Source: Paraphysomonas bandaiensis (Eukaryota; Protista; Chrysophyceae). Taken from it: a DNA stretch of 64,000 bases. Each line of letters begins with the position of its first letter. Position 1 is the first letter of the stretch. The notes beneath the pieces are model-generated. The model was not told where the DNA came from and made no database searches. It was given only the letters and a program-made list of their open reading frames with translations. Location of the stretch: assembly GCA_965644295.1 (NCBI GenBank), contig CBFFRP010000070.1, positions 1 to 64,000 of the forward strand, given 5' to 3'. Positions 1 through 9,235 of the stretch are shown here, piece by piece. The position numbers and the translations under genes were made by a program.

Positions 1-260
1 TCCAACACGCACTGGCAGACTTCACCTCTTGCATCATACGATGACGAGTGCAAGTAAGGAACAACTTTGCACAGTTGCCTATGTGCATCAAGTTGTCCCT
101 CGGGGCATCGAACGGAGCGTTCCCACATACGCCTAGCAGCAGCCCTTTCACGGTAGGCATACCGATACCGATTGGACCTACGTAATAGAGAGCCCCGTCC
201 CCTACGATTGCGAGGTTTAGGCTTAGTGGAGCCCGCTGCTGGATCTGTAGTGGCAGACAT
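1..260 (-). CDS. N-terminal part of LTR-encoded SET-domain ORF (runs off window edge)
   Basis: Equivalent to 7851-8110; ATG at 260 on the minus strand. Confidence 0.75.
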   Translation of the reverse strand, partial: MSATTDPAAGSTKPKPRNRRGRGSLLRRSNRYRYAYRERAAARRMWERSVRCPEGQLDAHRQLCKVVPYLHSSSYDARGEVCQCVL

Positions 261-746
261 TGTTTATGCAGCAATGGATATGATGTATGTATCTGATGTG
301 GACATTGGTTCTTAGTCTGAGATAGTAGATGTAGAAAAAGCATCATACGGTATGCTGCACACTCACATACATGTTGGTCCATTGTAATACAGTAGCAGTA
401 CTCTGAATACGCAGTATTCAACGGCTAATTTACAAACTGGCGAGTGTGGTGTGTGGTGTCATCGCGAGTGTGGTGTGTTGTGCTTGTTCTATGTTGCATT
501 GCTTTACAGCTCAGTGTTTTGTTAAGTGTTGTTCTGTTTGTACACTAGTGTTCTGACTTCACTGGAGGTGGGGTTTGCGCGGTGATTCTTGGAGGGAGTC
601 ACTAGTACAAGCTTGCAACGCTTGACATACTGTTTAGAGTAATAATCATCCTGTTCTCCTGCAATCAGACGTACATATAGCTCTGGTTAACTCATTGTGT
701 TTGTTTCTGCTGCACAGCCTTGGTTATCAAACCTGGCTGTGTCATA
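1..746 (+). repeat. 5' LTR of Gypsy copy A (last 746 of 1360 bp)
   Basis: Direct repeat of 7851-8596 and 13994-14739, ending ...GCTGTGTCATA. Confidence 0.95.
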
Positions 747-1053
747 GTAATTAATTACTTAAAAAAGCAGATCAGCGCTGATAGTAATTGTTACACATAC
801 AACTCATTTTGCAATATTTGCAACACTTGTCATTCTTGCACATTAGAATACTGAGCTTGGCCTTTATTAGCCTCCTCGTATTCGAATAGTCCTTAGAGTC
901 TATAGATTGCATACCAGTGCAAGCTTAGGGATTAAGGAGTGATATCTTGCAGTGTTTGAGAATACATATCCGTGAGCGCGGACTCCGTTAGACTGCGCCG
1001 TTAAGAGTGTACCTTGGACACTGCAACAAACTCAATATTTTGGAAAACTGCTC

Positions 1054-1179
1054 TTATCGCATTGACAACTGACCGTCTGCGAAATGAGTGGATACCTCAA
1101 TTATTGAGTGGGTGAGAAAGACCTTGTAAGAGACTTGCAATACAATTTTATCGCATTGACAACTGACCGTCTGCGAAAT
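1054..1179 (+). repeat. 32-bp perfect direct repeat in Gypsy 5' leader (1054-1085 and 1148-1179)
   Basis: TTATCGCATTGACAACTGACCGTCTGCGAAAT occurs twice. Confidence 0.9.
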
Positions 1180-1274
1180 ACTTGTACAGCAATATCTACA
1201 TAGTTCGATCTTGCGATAGCTCCAACAAACCTGAGCCCAAGCTGTCCTGTGATTGATAAAGACCGCAATTCATA

Positions 1275-3077
1275 ATGTCTACTCCTAGTGGCAAAAAGTC
1301 CAGCAAGAAGTCGTCCACTGCCCCACTGCGTCCTAAACCAGTGGTACAGGAGGACTCACCAGATAAAATAGATGAGAGTCAATACGAAGAAGCGCCCATG
1401 ATGCCTTCACCTTCTGCCCCAGCATCCTCAGCAACCCAACAGATTCTGGACTCAGTACAGGAGATCCAAGGCACCCTGGGACAAGTAGCCTTTGCGATAT
1501 CCAACCTAGACAGTAGGGTACAAGCTCTGGAGAGTTCTAAGAGAGCAGATACACCTGATTCACCAGACACCCAGAGTGATGACACACCTGATTCATTCAG
1601 TAGCAAGGGCAGTAAAGCAAGTACCACACCCAGGGGAGTCACTAAGCGTGCTAAGAAAGACCGACCAAAACCCCGTTATTCCACTTTAGGAGATCTGGCT
1701 ACATTCAGGAGATTGCCAGAGAAGAAAGAGCAACTGAGTGAGGAGAGCTCCGACTCAGAGCTTGAGGAAGAGGCAGAAGAACATTTGGGGCGTCTTGCCA
1801 GTGTTTTTGGAGAGAAACGTCCAGGAAAGTTCTTCCGGAATTTGAAACGCAGCGCCAAGGTGGCCCAAGCTAAGACTGTCAATATAACTAGGCTTGAGAA
1901 GAAGTGTCACGTCAGGATTGAGACATTCAAACTTGGTAGAGTTTCAAGGGCGATCAAGGAGATTCTGGATTTCCAAGAAGAGGAAGAAACAGAAGTCCGC
2001 ATCCAGAAAGTTTTATCTAGAAACCTGAAGGATCACTTGCGTTCCGTCTATGATATTCAACACGCAGAATTAGCTAGCATGGACATATCTGACCTCATGA
2101 GAATCGTAGCCCTAGAGACGAAAGTTTTCAGCTGTGTTGGGTTTTACAACGAGCTGAAAGAATCTCTCAGCCATATGAAGGTCATGGAGTGGGACAATGT
2201 CAACGCTGTCAATTTTGAAGCCTTCTATTTTCAACAACTTCGTTTGATAGAATCCTTTAAAAGGATGTTGTCTATCATGTTGGAAAATGAAAGCAACAGG
2301 CGTTGGTGTCCACAGGCTGACGACAAGGAATACGGCCTTATTAGGCTATTTAAAACCCTGAACGACGTCACATATGTGAAATTTGTTCTAGGTTGTATTC
2401 CGAAGAAGAAGTTCGACTTTATGGAAGACTTCTTCAAACTATATACGGAGGTACTGTTAGACCATTACCAGATCACGATTGCTTATAAACAGTTGCCCTT
2501 CAAAGCAACCGTGCAACATCAGGCGAAGTATGAGGAATACATGAAGCGCAAGCGTGAAATGTTTTCTAGACCTAAGCCTGGAGTGGCAAAGAATTCCACT
2601 AGCACCCACTCTTCTACCAGGTTATTTAACATGGAAGAGGAACAGGCTTCTTTTTCTTCAAATGAATTTTCTCATGATGAAGAAGATTTATGGGATGCCT
2701 ATGGGGATACATGGAAAAGCAACAACCACAGTACCGATGTTCCTACTGGCGGCAAACCTAATGGCGAGCCAGCGACCGAAACTTCTGAAGAGAAAGATAC
2801 ATCCGACTCAGAAGGAGCTTTGCAAGCTATGGATGGCCAGAATCCATCTCATAAACCCAAACAAGAGAAGTATGGGTGCATGAGAAAAATCATGTATGGC
2901 AAGTGCGACAAGAGTGATTGTCGTTATAGCCATAATCCTAGAGCTCTCGCCAATACCGCTTCGGAATTGGCTGAGAAATCCCAAGCTTATTTGAAGACCA
3001 CTTCTTCAACTTCGGGGTCTCAGGATAAACCTCCTGCTATTTTAAGGAGAGATCGCTTCGGCGACTCTCGTCCTTGA
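1275..3077 (+). CDS. gag: Gag-like protein (600 aa) with C-terminal CCCH-type zinc finger
   Basis: First long ORF after LTR, directly upstream of pol; C-x8-C-x4-C-x3-H (CMRKIMYGKCDKSDCRYSH). Confidence 0.8.
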   Translation: MSTPSGKKSSKKSSTAPLRPKPVVQEDSPDKIDESQYEEAPMMPSPSAPASSATQQILDSVQEIQGTLGQVAFAISNLDSRVQALESSKRADTPDSPDTQSDDTPDSFSSKGSKASTTPRGVTKRAKKDRPKPRYSTLGDLATFRRLPEKKEQLSEESSDSELEEEAEEHLGRLASVFGEKRPGKFFRNLKRSAKVAQAKTVNITRLEKKCHVRIETFKLGRVSRAIKEILDFQEEEETEVRIQKVLSRNLKDHLRSVYDIQHAELASMDISDLMRIVALETKVFSCVGFYNELKESLSHMKVMEWDNVNAVNFEAFYFQQLRLIESFKRMLSIMLENESNRRWCPQADDKEYGLIRLFKTLNDVTYVKFVLGCIPKKKFDFMEDFFKLYTEVLLDHYQITIAYKQLPFKATVQHQAKYEEYMKRKREMFSRPKPGVAKNSTSTHSSTRLFNMEEEQASFSSNEFSHDEEDLWDAYGDTWKSNNHSTDVPTGGKPNGEPATETSEEKDTSDSEGALQAMDGQNPSHKPKQEKYGCMRKIMYGKCDKSDCRYSHNPRALANTASELAEKSQAYLKTTSSTSGSQDKPPAILRRDRFGDSRP

Positions 3078-3092
3078 GATAAGGAGGTTAAC

Positions 3093-6000
3093 ATGATTGA
3101 GGACCTAGAAGAACATGTGATCAGTGTTTGTGATGGGAATGATGATTGTGATTATCTCCCAGAGGCTAAAACATTGAATACTACTTCTTCAAAGGTCCAT
3201 TTCAAGGATGGAGCTAAGCTGTATGCTTCATATCCTTCAGCCAAGAAATTTTCATCAGCACATACTGTAGGTAGAGTAATTATAGACAAGAAGTTCGGAG
3301 TGGAAGAATTAGTGAAAGTTTTATGTGACACAGGAGCCCTATCCGCTAACTACGTAGCACGTGATCTTGTGGATAGATTGCGTACCAAGCTAGAACCTAG
3401 CAGGTTCTACAAGGTCAAACACCGTGTGGTTTTGGCAGACAGTAGAACCGTAAAGGATCTTGACGAAGGGGTTCGATTGAACTTAGTGTTTACCGATCCC
3501 AAGAGTCACACTTACCAGTACACTGGTGAGTTCATCGTGATCGACATGTCATCTAATGACATTATTTTGGGACTACCAGCCCTCACTGGGAAGCTATACC
3601 CTTTCATGTGTGCTGTCATGGAGCAGGCCCATGAGAATCATCTCGAAGATTCGGCTCAAGGGAACCATAATTTGAGTGCCCTACAAAATGAGGACATGGA
3701 ATCCAGAGAGGAACACCGACGTCCCTGGAGTAAAGCGAATGATGCTATCGCTCCAGAAGATAACGAGACTGAGTTACCCGTTCAATTCAAAGATGCTTTG
3801 ACATTCCTCGGAAAGTCTAGAGAGGAAGCTCTTAACGACTACTATGAACAAATAGAAACTCACGTCAGTCAGGAGATGAAACAAGAGACCAACATTATGG
3901 ATCTCTTATCTTCCAAAGCTGAGAAGGTATTCGTGCCTGATGAGTGGACAGGAGTCCGAGGTGTTGACCCTTTGACTCTTAAGTGGAAAGAAACTTTACC
4001 TGAAAGAATGAAACCCAGAGCCAGGCCGATCAACCCTAAGCTCTGGGAAGCATCCGAAAAGGAGTTCAGGAGACTATGTGGTTATTTTTACCAGAAGAGC
4101 AGATCTCCTTGGGCTTCATGCTTGGTGGTTGCTCCCAAGGCTACTCCACCTTATATCCGATTCTGCGGGGATTATGTTAATATCAACAAGCACATGCAAG
4201 TGGGTAATTATACAATTCCCAATGTCAAGCATGAATTGGACAAGATCATCAATTTCCCATTGTATATGGACATCGACTTGACCAACGCTTTCCATCAGAT
4301 ACCTCTAGCGGAAGAAACATCAGAGAGGCTTTCTATCCAGACGCCATGGGGCCAATATGCGCCAAAGTTCATGCCAGAAGGTATTGCGCCGGCTACTGGA
4401 ATTCTGCAAGAGGTAGTCAGGGAAATATTTGAAGATTTTTCTGACTGGGCCATTGTAATATTTGACAACATGTTGATATTGGCCAACGACCCTCAAGATG
4501 CGTATCAGAAATTTGAGAAAGTGATTGACAGATGCATCGAGAGGAATCTCAAACTGAAAATGCCAAAGAGTTGGCTTGGATTTAGAAAAGTAGACTTCTT
4601 CGGATACGTATGCAGACACAAATCCTATGAAGTCAATCCTGAGAAGAAGGAAGCCCTAGGCAAAATCCCAATGCCTACCAACACCAAACAAGCGAGGTCT
4701 CTGCTTGGCAAGGGCGTGTTCTTTTCCAGTTTTACCCCTAGATATTCAGACTTGGTTGCTCATCTCACAGATTTGACCAAATCGAAATTCAATTGGGACA
4801 AGACTACGTGGCGGCACGATTATGAGGCTGAATATCGTCGCTTCATAAAAGGCCTGCAAGATTCCTGCGAATTGTTCTACCCAGACTACAATTTGGAGTG
4901 GACACTGCGTACTGACGCTAGTGAGCTAGGAATCGGCTCGGTGCTTCTGCAGAAAAAGATTCTCGCAGATGGAACAGAGCAGTTGCAACCCATTGCCTTC
5001 CTGTCAAAGAAGTTTTCAGCTCAGGCTCAGAAATGGGCTACGATAGAGCAAGAAGCTTATGGTATTTACTACAGTGTCAAGCACTTAGCGTACTATTTGA
5101 TTGGGAAGCAGTTCACTATAGAGACTGACCACAATAATCTCTTGTGGATGGAGTCGTCTGAAGTACCTAAGATCACAAGATGGAGAATTTTCTTGCAATC
5201 TTTCAACTTCAGCATTAAACACATATCGGGTGCCAAGAATTGGTTAGCCGATTGGTTATCTCGGGAGCATCAAGTTGCGGCGTTGTCCGGTATATTCTTA
5301 GATGAAGACTATGCCGATGCCTACTTCCTTGGAGAGGACTGCACTGAGGATGAATTTTTTAACTTCTTGGGCAATTTTATGAACCCAGAAGACAGGGAAG
5401 TATCTCCTCATGCGCAAAGTTCAGTCACTCCCGAGGATGCCTTGCAACAAGTACATAATGCCCGAGTTGGACATCTCGGTGGGCGAGCCACTTGGATTCG
5501 ACTTAATAAGCAATTCCCCGGCCATGGAATTCCTTACAAAGTAGTCGAAGACTTCATTGCGAAGTGTCCAAACTGTGTTAAGACTAGATTGGCGATGAAA
5601 GAAGCGCTGATCCCTATAGTCCGAAACCTTAAGCCTCCGAGCGCTCGGAGTGCTATTGGTATTGATGCGGTAGAAATCACACCCCATGGTGCTGATGGAT
5701 ACACGCACATTAATGTCGTAGTCAACCTGTTCACCAAGTTAGTTTATCTTGAGCCAGTCAAAGGAGTGACTGCCCTCAACTTGGCAAACACGGTATGGAA
5801 GTATTGGAGTTACTACGGACACACTGATCTTATCATCTCAGATCAGGGTCCTGACCTAACTTCCGATCTTTTCAAACAACTGACTGAATATATGGGCGTC
5901 CGACACACCTTCAGCATAGCCAACAGGCATGCTAATGGTTGTGAACGCATCATCGGTGAGGTGGTCCGACATTTGCGTGCCCTAGTATATGAAAACAGCA

Positions 6001-7058
6001 AGCGTGTAGAACGAAAGGATGTTTTTGAGGATCCCAGCTGGATACCCAGCGCTCAATACATTCTGAATTCAGAAGTCTCATCCGAGACGGGGTACTCACC
6101 CTTTGAGCTCACTTTTGGCTCTAATGATCTGGAATATTTAACTATGAATATACAGACTTTGCCTGAGCGTGCACACGCCAGACTGACTGCTCTTAATGAA
6201 CAGTTAGAAGGCCTACGGGCGGCTTCCAAAACTTACCAGCAGCAGTTAGCGAGTGAACGTGCTGGGGAGGGAGTTCACCCGGACAAGCAGAACCGATATC
6301 AACCGGGCGACTTCATTTTATTTGACAAAGGCGCCAAGGTTCATCCCAAGATGTCACATCGATACATGGGACCTTTTGTTGTTAAGACCCAGTACAAAAA
6401 TGACATTGATTGTCAGCACCTTGCTACAGGGCAAGTGGTACGTGTTTCAGTGACAGACGTCAAACTGTTTCCAGGTGATAGAGAAACTGCGTACAGCATG
6501 GCTCTACGAGACCAGGATCAGCATGTCATTGACAAGATTCTCTACTATCGGGGTGACAGAGAGTCACGCTCCACTTTGATTTTTACTGTGAGATTTCAGG
6601 ATGGTGATGTCAGAGAAGTGCCTTATAGCAAGGACCTTTTTGACTCAGTGCCTTACGCGGACTTTTGTTCCAGCAAACGGTACCTCTACCACCTGATTTA
6701 TCCAGCGGAGGGTGCCAAGAAATATATCTCGGACATCCGACGCCAGTCTATCACTCAGTTCAAACCCGGTGACCATGCATATGTTGACCTACGCATTTAT
6801 GGCGACGTATGGTACGACGGACTGCAGTTACCAGACTCCCACTTACTGACCTATGTAGCTCCGATCCAGTTCACACACTGGTATCATCGAAGCTCTAGGA
6901 GAGTATTATCCGTCAAGGATCTTCTCACTCTCCGCACTTACCGTTATGACAACTACCTCGTGCATTGTTTCGTTCACCCTGAACTAGACACTAGCACTAT
7001 GGTACTCGTCGACAAGGACTTGGCTACACGCTACCCTCAAGTCCTTGAGTCCGTTTAG
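3093..7058 (+). CDS. pol: Pol polyprotein: aspartic protease, RT, RNase H, integrase, chromodomain-like tail (1321 aa)
   Basis: LCDTGA protease; RFCGDY, DLTNAFHQ, MPEG, IFDN (RT); TDAS, EQEA, TDH, ADWLSR (RNase H); H..H..CPNC, D-D-E, GPF (integrase). Confidence 0.95.
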   Translation: MIEDLEEHVISVCDGNDDCDYLPEAKTLNTTSSKVHFKDGAKLYASYPSAKKFSSAHTVGRVIIDKKFGVEELVKVLCDTGALSANYVARDLVDRLRTKLEPSRFYKVKHRVVLADSRTVKDLDEGVRLNLVFTDPKSHTYQYTGEFIVIDMSSNDIILGLPALTGKLYPFMCAVMEQAHENHLEDSAQGNHNLSALQNEDMESREEHRRPWSKANDAIAPEDNETELPVQFKDALTFLGKSREEALNDYYEQIETHVSQEMKQETNIMDLLSSKAEKVFVPDEWTGVRGVDPLTLKWKETLPERMKPRARPINPKLWEASEKEFRRLCGYFYQKSRSPWASCLVVAPKATPPYIRFCGDYVNINKHMQVGNYTIPNVKHELDKIINFPLYMDIDLTNAFHQIPLAEETSERLSIQTPWGQYAPKFMPEGIAPATGILQEVVREIFEDFSDWAIVIFDNMLILANDPQDAYQKFEKVIDRCIERNLKLKMPKSWLGFRKVDFFGYVCRHKSYEVNPEKKEALGKIPMPTNTKQARSLLGKGVFFSSFTPRYSDLVAHLTDLTKSKFNWDKTTWRHDYEAEYRRFIKGLQDSCELFYPDYNLEWTLRTDASELGIGSVLLQKKILADGTEQLQPIAFLSKKFSAQAQKWATIEQEAYGIYYSVKHLAYYLIGKQFTIETDHNNLLWMESSEVPKITRWRIFLQSFNFSIKHISGAKNWLADWLSREHQVAALSGIFLDEDYADAYFLGEDCTEDEFFNFLGNFMNPEDREVSPHAQSSVTPEDALQQVHNARVGHLGGRATWIRLNKQFPGHGIPYKVVEDFIAKCPNCVKTRLAMKEALIPIVRNLKPPSARSAIGIDAVEITPHGADGYTHINVVVNLFTKLVYLEPVKGVTALNLANTVWKYWSYYGHTDLIISDQGPDLTSDLFKQLTEYMGVRHTFSIANRHANGCERIIGEVVRHLRALVYENSKRVERKDVFEDPSWIPSAQYILNSEVSSETGYSPFELTFGSNDLEYLTMNIQTLPERAHARLTALNEQLEGLRAASKTYQQQLASERAGEGVHPDKQNRYQPGDFILFDKGAKVHPKMSHRYMGPFVVKTQYKNDIDCQHLATGQVVRVSVTDVKLFPGDRETAYSMALRDQDQHVIDKILYYRGDRESRSTLIFTVRFQDGDVREVPYSKDLFDSVPYADFCSSKRYLYHLIYPAEGAKKYISDIRRQSITQFKPGDHAYVDLRIYGDVWYDGLQLPDSHLLTYVAPIQFTHWYHRSSRRVLSVKDLLTLRTYRYDNYLVHCFVHPELDTSTMVLVDKDLATRYPQVLESV

Positions 7059-7210
7059 AGCACGGGACCAATCAACTTACACGCGATCTTCCAACTCCAA
7101 CGCTCCTCTGCTGCACCTTCGTTTTGATGGCTAATTTTTAGTTCCGTTGAAATTTGTGGGCCGCAGAGTGACGCCCGTCTTCATCATTTCGCATAATACT
7201 TATATCAAAC

Positions 7211-7236
7211 AAAAAAAAAAAAGGGAGGCGGGGCAA
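7211..7236 (+). other. Polypurine tract of Gypsy copy A
   Basis: A12-GGGAGGCGGGGCAA immediately before the LTR-initial TG. Confidence 0.85.
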
Positions 7237-8596
7237 TGTGACCACGTGGCATTTCACATGCCTCAGTCACGTGTCTATAGTAAGTGCAAAACTACTAACT
7301 ACGGGATGAAGACAGAGACGATAGAAGTATCAGAAACATATCATTATTACGCTACAGATTACTGAAGAACTAGCACTAGGACTGGAGGTACAATTTCCCA
7401 TAATCTGCCAACAGCTCTTCGCCGGCCGCAACTGCCCGAGTGGTCTGCACCCAGACCACGTCCAAGCCGGACTCATCTACTACAAATTCGCAGTTGAAGC
7501 GCCAGCCAGCAGCATGGTCAGAAGGATACACCGTGTTTATATACCTACCATGATTATGAGGCACCCGGGCCAAATAAGCTTGGGACCCCAGCGGCCAAAG
7601 GTAACCTATGTCCCGAGTGTCCCGCTCCGCATCTATATAGAAGTCCTTAGCCATCTCAAGTATGTATGCTCCCCAGCTGGGACGGGAGGTATACACTTCA
7701 CCGCTGTAGAGGCAGAAACGCAGTCCTAGCTCCAAATCCTGTAAGGAGAATAAACCTTGCTGTTCAGGCTTATCGCCCTGCGGGTTGGCAATGTTTAGGC
7801 CAGACCGGACTTCCACATAGGGATTCACTGTCCCACACCTCTGGTAGAAGTCCAACACGCACTGGCAGACTTCACCTCTTGCATCATACGATGACGAGTG
7901 CAAGTAAGGAACAACTTTGCACAGTTGCCTATGTGCATCAAGTTGTCCCTCGGGGCATCGAACGGAGCGTTCCCACATACGCCTAGCAGCAGCCCTTTCA
8001 CGGTAGGCATACCGATACCGATTGGACCTACGTAATAGAGAGCCCCGTCCCCTACGATTGCGAGGTTTAGGCTTAGTGGAGACCGCTGCTGGATCTGTAG
8101 TGGCAGACATTGTTTATGCAGCAATGGATATGATGTATGTATCTGATGTGGACATTGGTTCTTAGTCTGAGATAGTAGATGTAGGAAAAGCATCATACGG
8201 TATGCTGCACACTCACATACATGTTGGTCCATTGTAATACAGTAGCAGTACTCTGAATACGCAGTATTCAACGGCTAATTTACAAACTGGCGAGTGTGGT
8301 GTGTGGTGTCATCGCGAGTGTGGTGTGTTGTGCTTGTTCTATGTTGCATTGCTTTACAGCTCAGTGTTTTGTTAAGTGTTGTTCTGTTTGTACACTAGTG
8401 TTCTGACTTCACTGGAGGTGGGGTTTGCGCGGTGATTCTTGGAGGGAGTCACTAGTACAAGCTTGCAACGCTTGACATACTGTTTAGAGTAATAATCATC
8501 CTGTTCTCCTGCAATCAGACGTACATATAGCTCTGGTTAACTCATTGTGTTTGTTTCTGCTGCACAGCCTTGGTTATCAAACCTGGCTGTGTCATA
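7237..8596 (+). repeat. LTR (1360 bp), TGTGAC...GTCATA
   Basis: Follows PPT; near-identical to 13380-14739 (offset 6143). Confidence 0.93.
7376..8110 (-). CDS. SET-domain protein (244 aa), wholly inside the LTR, antisense
   Basis: SET motifs in order: QGLFS, YSGEV, Y..E....YIDA, GRYINT, NCEF, RAVAAGEELLADYG..Y; Arg-rich N-terminus. Confidence 0.88.
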   Translation of the reverse strand: MSATTDPAAVSTKPKPRNRRGRGSLLRRSNRYRYAYRERAAARRMWERSVRCPEGQLDAHRQLCKVVPYLHSSSYDARGEVCQCVLDFYQRCGTVNPYVEVRSGLNIANPQGDKPEQQGLFSLQDLELGLRFCLYSGEVYTSRPSWGAYILEMAKDFYIDAERDTRDIGYLWPLGSQAYLARVPHNHGRYINTVYPSDHAAGWRFNCEFVVDESGLDVVWVQTTRAVAAGEELLADYGKLYLQS

Positions 8597-9220
8597 CTGT
8601 TAGACCATTACCAGATCACGATTGCTTATAAACAGTTGCCCTTCAAAGCAACCGTGCAACATCAGGCGAAGTATGAGGAATACATGAAGCGCAAGCGTGA
8701 AATGTTTTCTAGACCTAAGCCTGGAGTGGCAAAGAATTCCACTAGCACCCACTCTTCTACCAGGTTATTTAACATGGAAGAGGAACAGGCTTCTTTTTCT
8801 TCAAATGAATTTTCTCATGATGAAGAAGATTTATGGGATGCCTATGGGGATACATGGAAAAGCAACAACCACAGTACCGATGTTCCTACTGGCGGCAAAC
8901 CTAATGGCGAGCCAGCGACCGAAACTTCTGAAGAGAAAGATACATCCGACTCAGAAGGAGCTTTGCAAGCTATGGATGGCCAGAATCCATCTCATAAACC
9001 CAAACAAGAGAAGTATGGGTGCATGAGAAAAATCATGTATGGCAAGTGCGACAAGAGTGATTGTCGTTATAGCCATAATCCTAGAGCTCTCGCCAATACC
9101 GCTTCGGAATTGGCTGAGAAATCCCAAGCTTATTTGAAGACCACTTCTTCAACTTCGGGGTCTCAGGATAAACCTCCTGCTATTTTAAGGAGAGATCGCT
9201 TCGGCGACTCTCGTCCTTGA
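8597..9220 (+). pseudogene. gag: 5'-interrupted gag of copy B
   Basis: Encodes only the C-terminal ~207 aa of Gag, abutting the LTR end. Confidence 0.9.
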
Positions 9221-9235
9221 GATAAGGAGGTTAAC

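Larger units (their letters stand above)
1..8596 (+). mobile_element. Ty3/Gypsy LTR retrotransposon copy A (5' LTR cut by window edge), apparently intact
   Basis: LTR(1-746) - gag - pol (PR-RT-RH-IN order) - PPT - LTR(7237-8596); 1-746 matches 7851-8596 apart from 2 substitutions seen. Confidence 0.95.

Noticed and set aside
3080-3088. Perfect Shine-Dalgarno-like TAAGGAGGT before pol ATG
   Set aside because: Context is eukaryotic (introns, LTR elements); the bases are also in-frame codons, so chance is likely
7514-8271. Other overlapping LTR ORFs (71, 106 and 148 aa)
   Set aside because: No motifs; they overlap the SET ORF, which alone has domain signatures
8570-9220. 216-aa ORF as an independent gene
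   Set aside because: Chimera of LTR end and truncated gag with a non-ATG start
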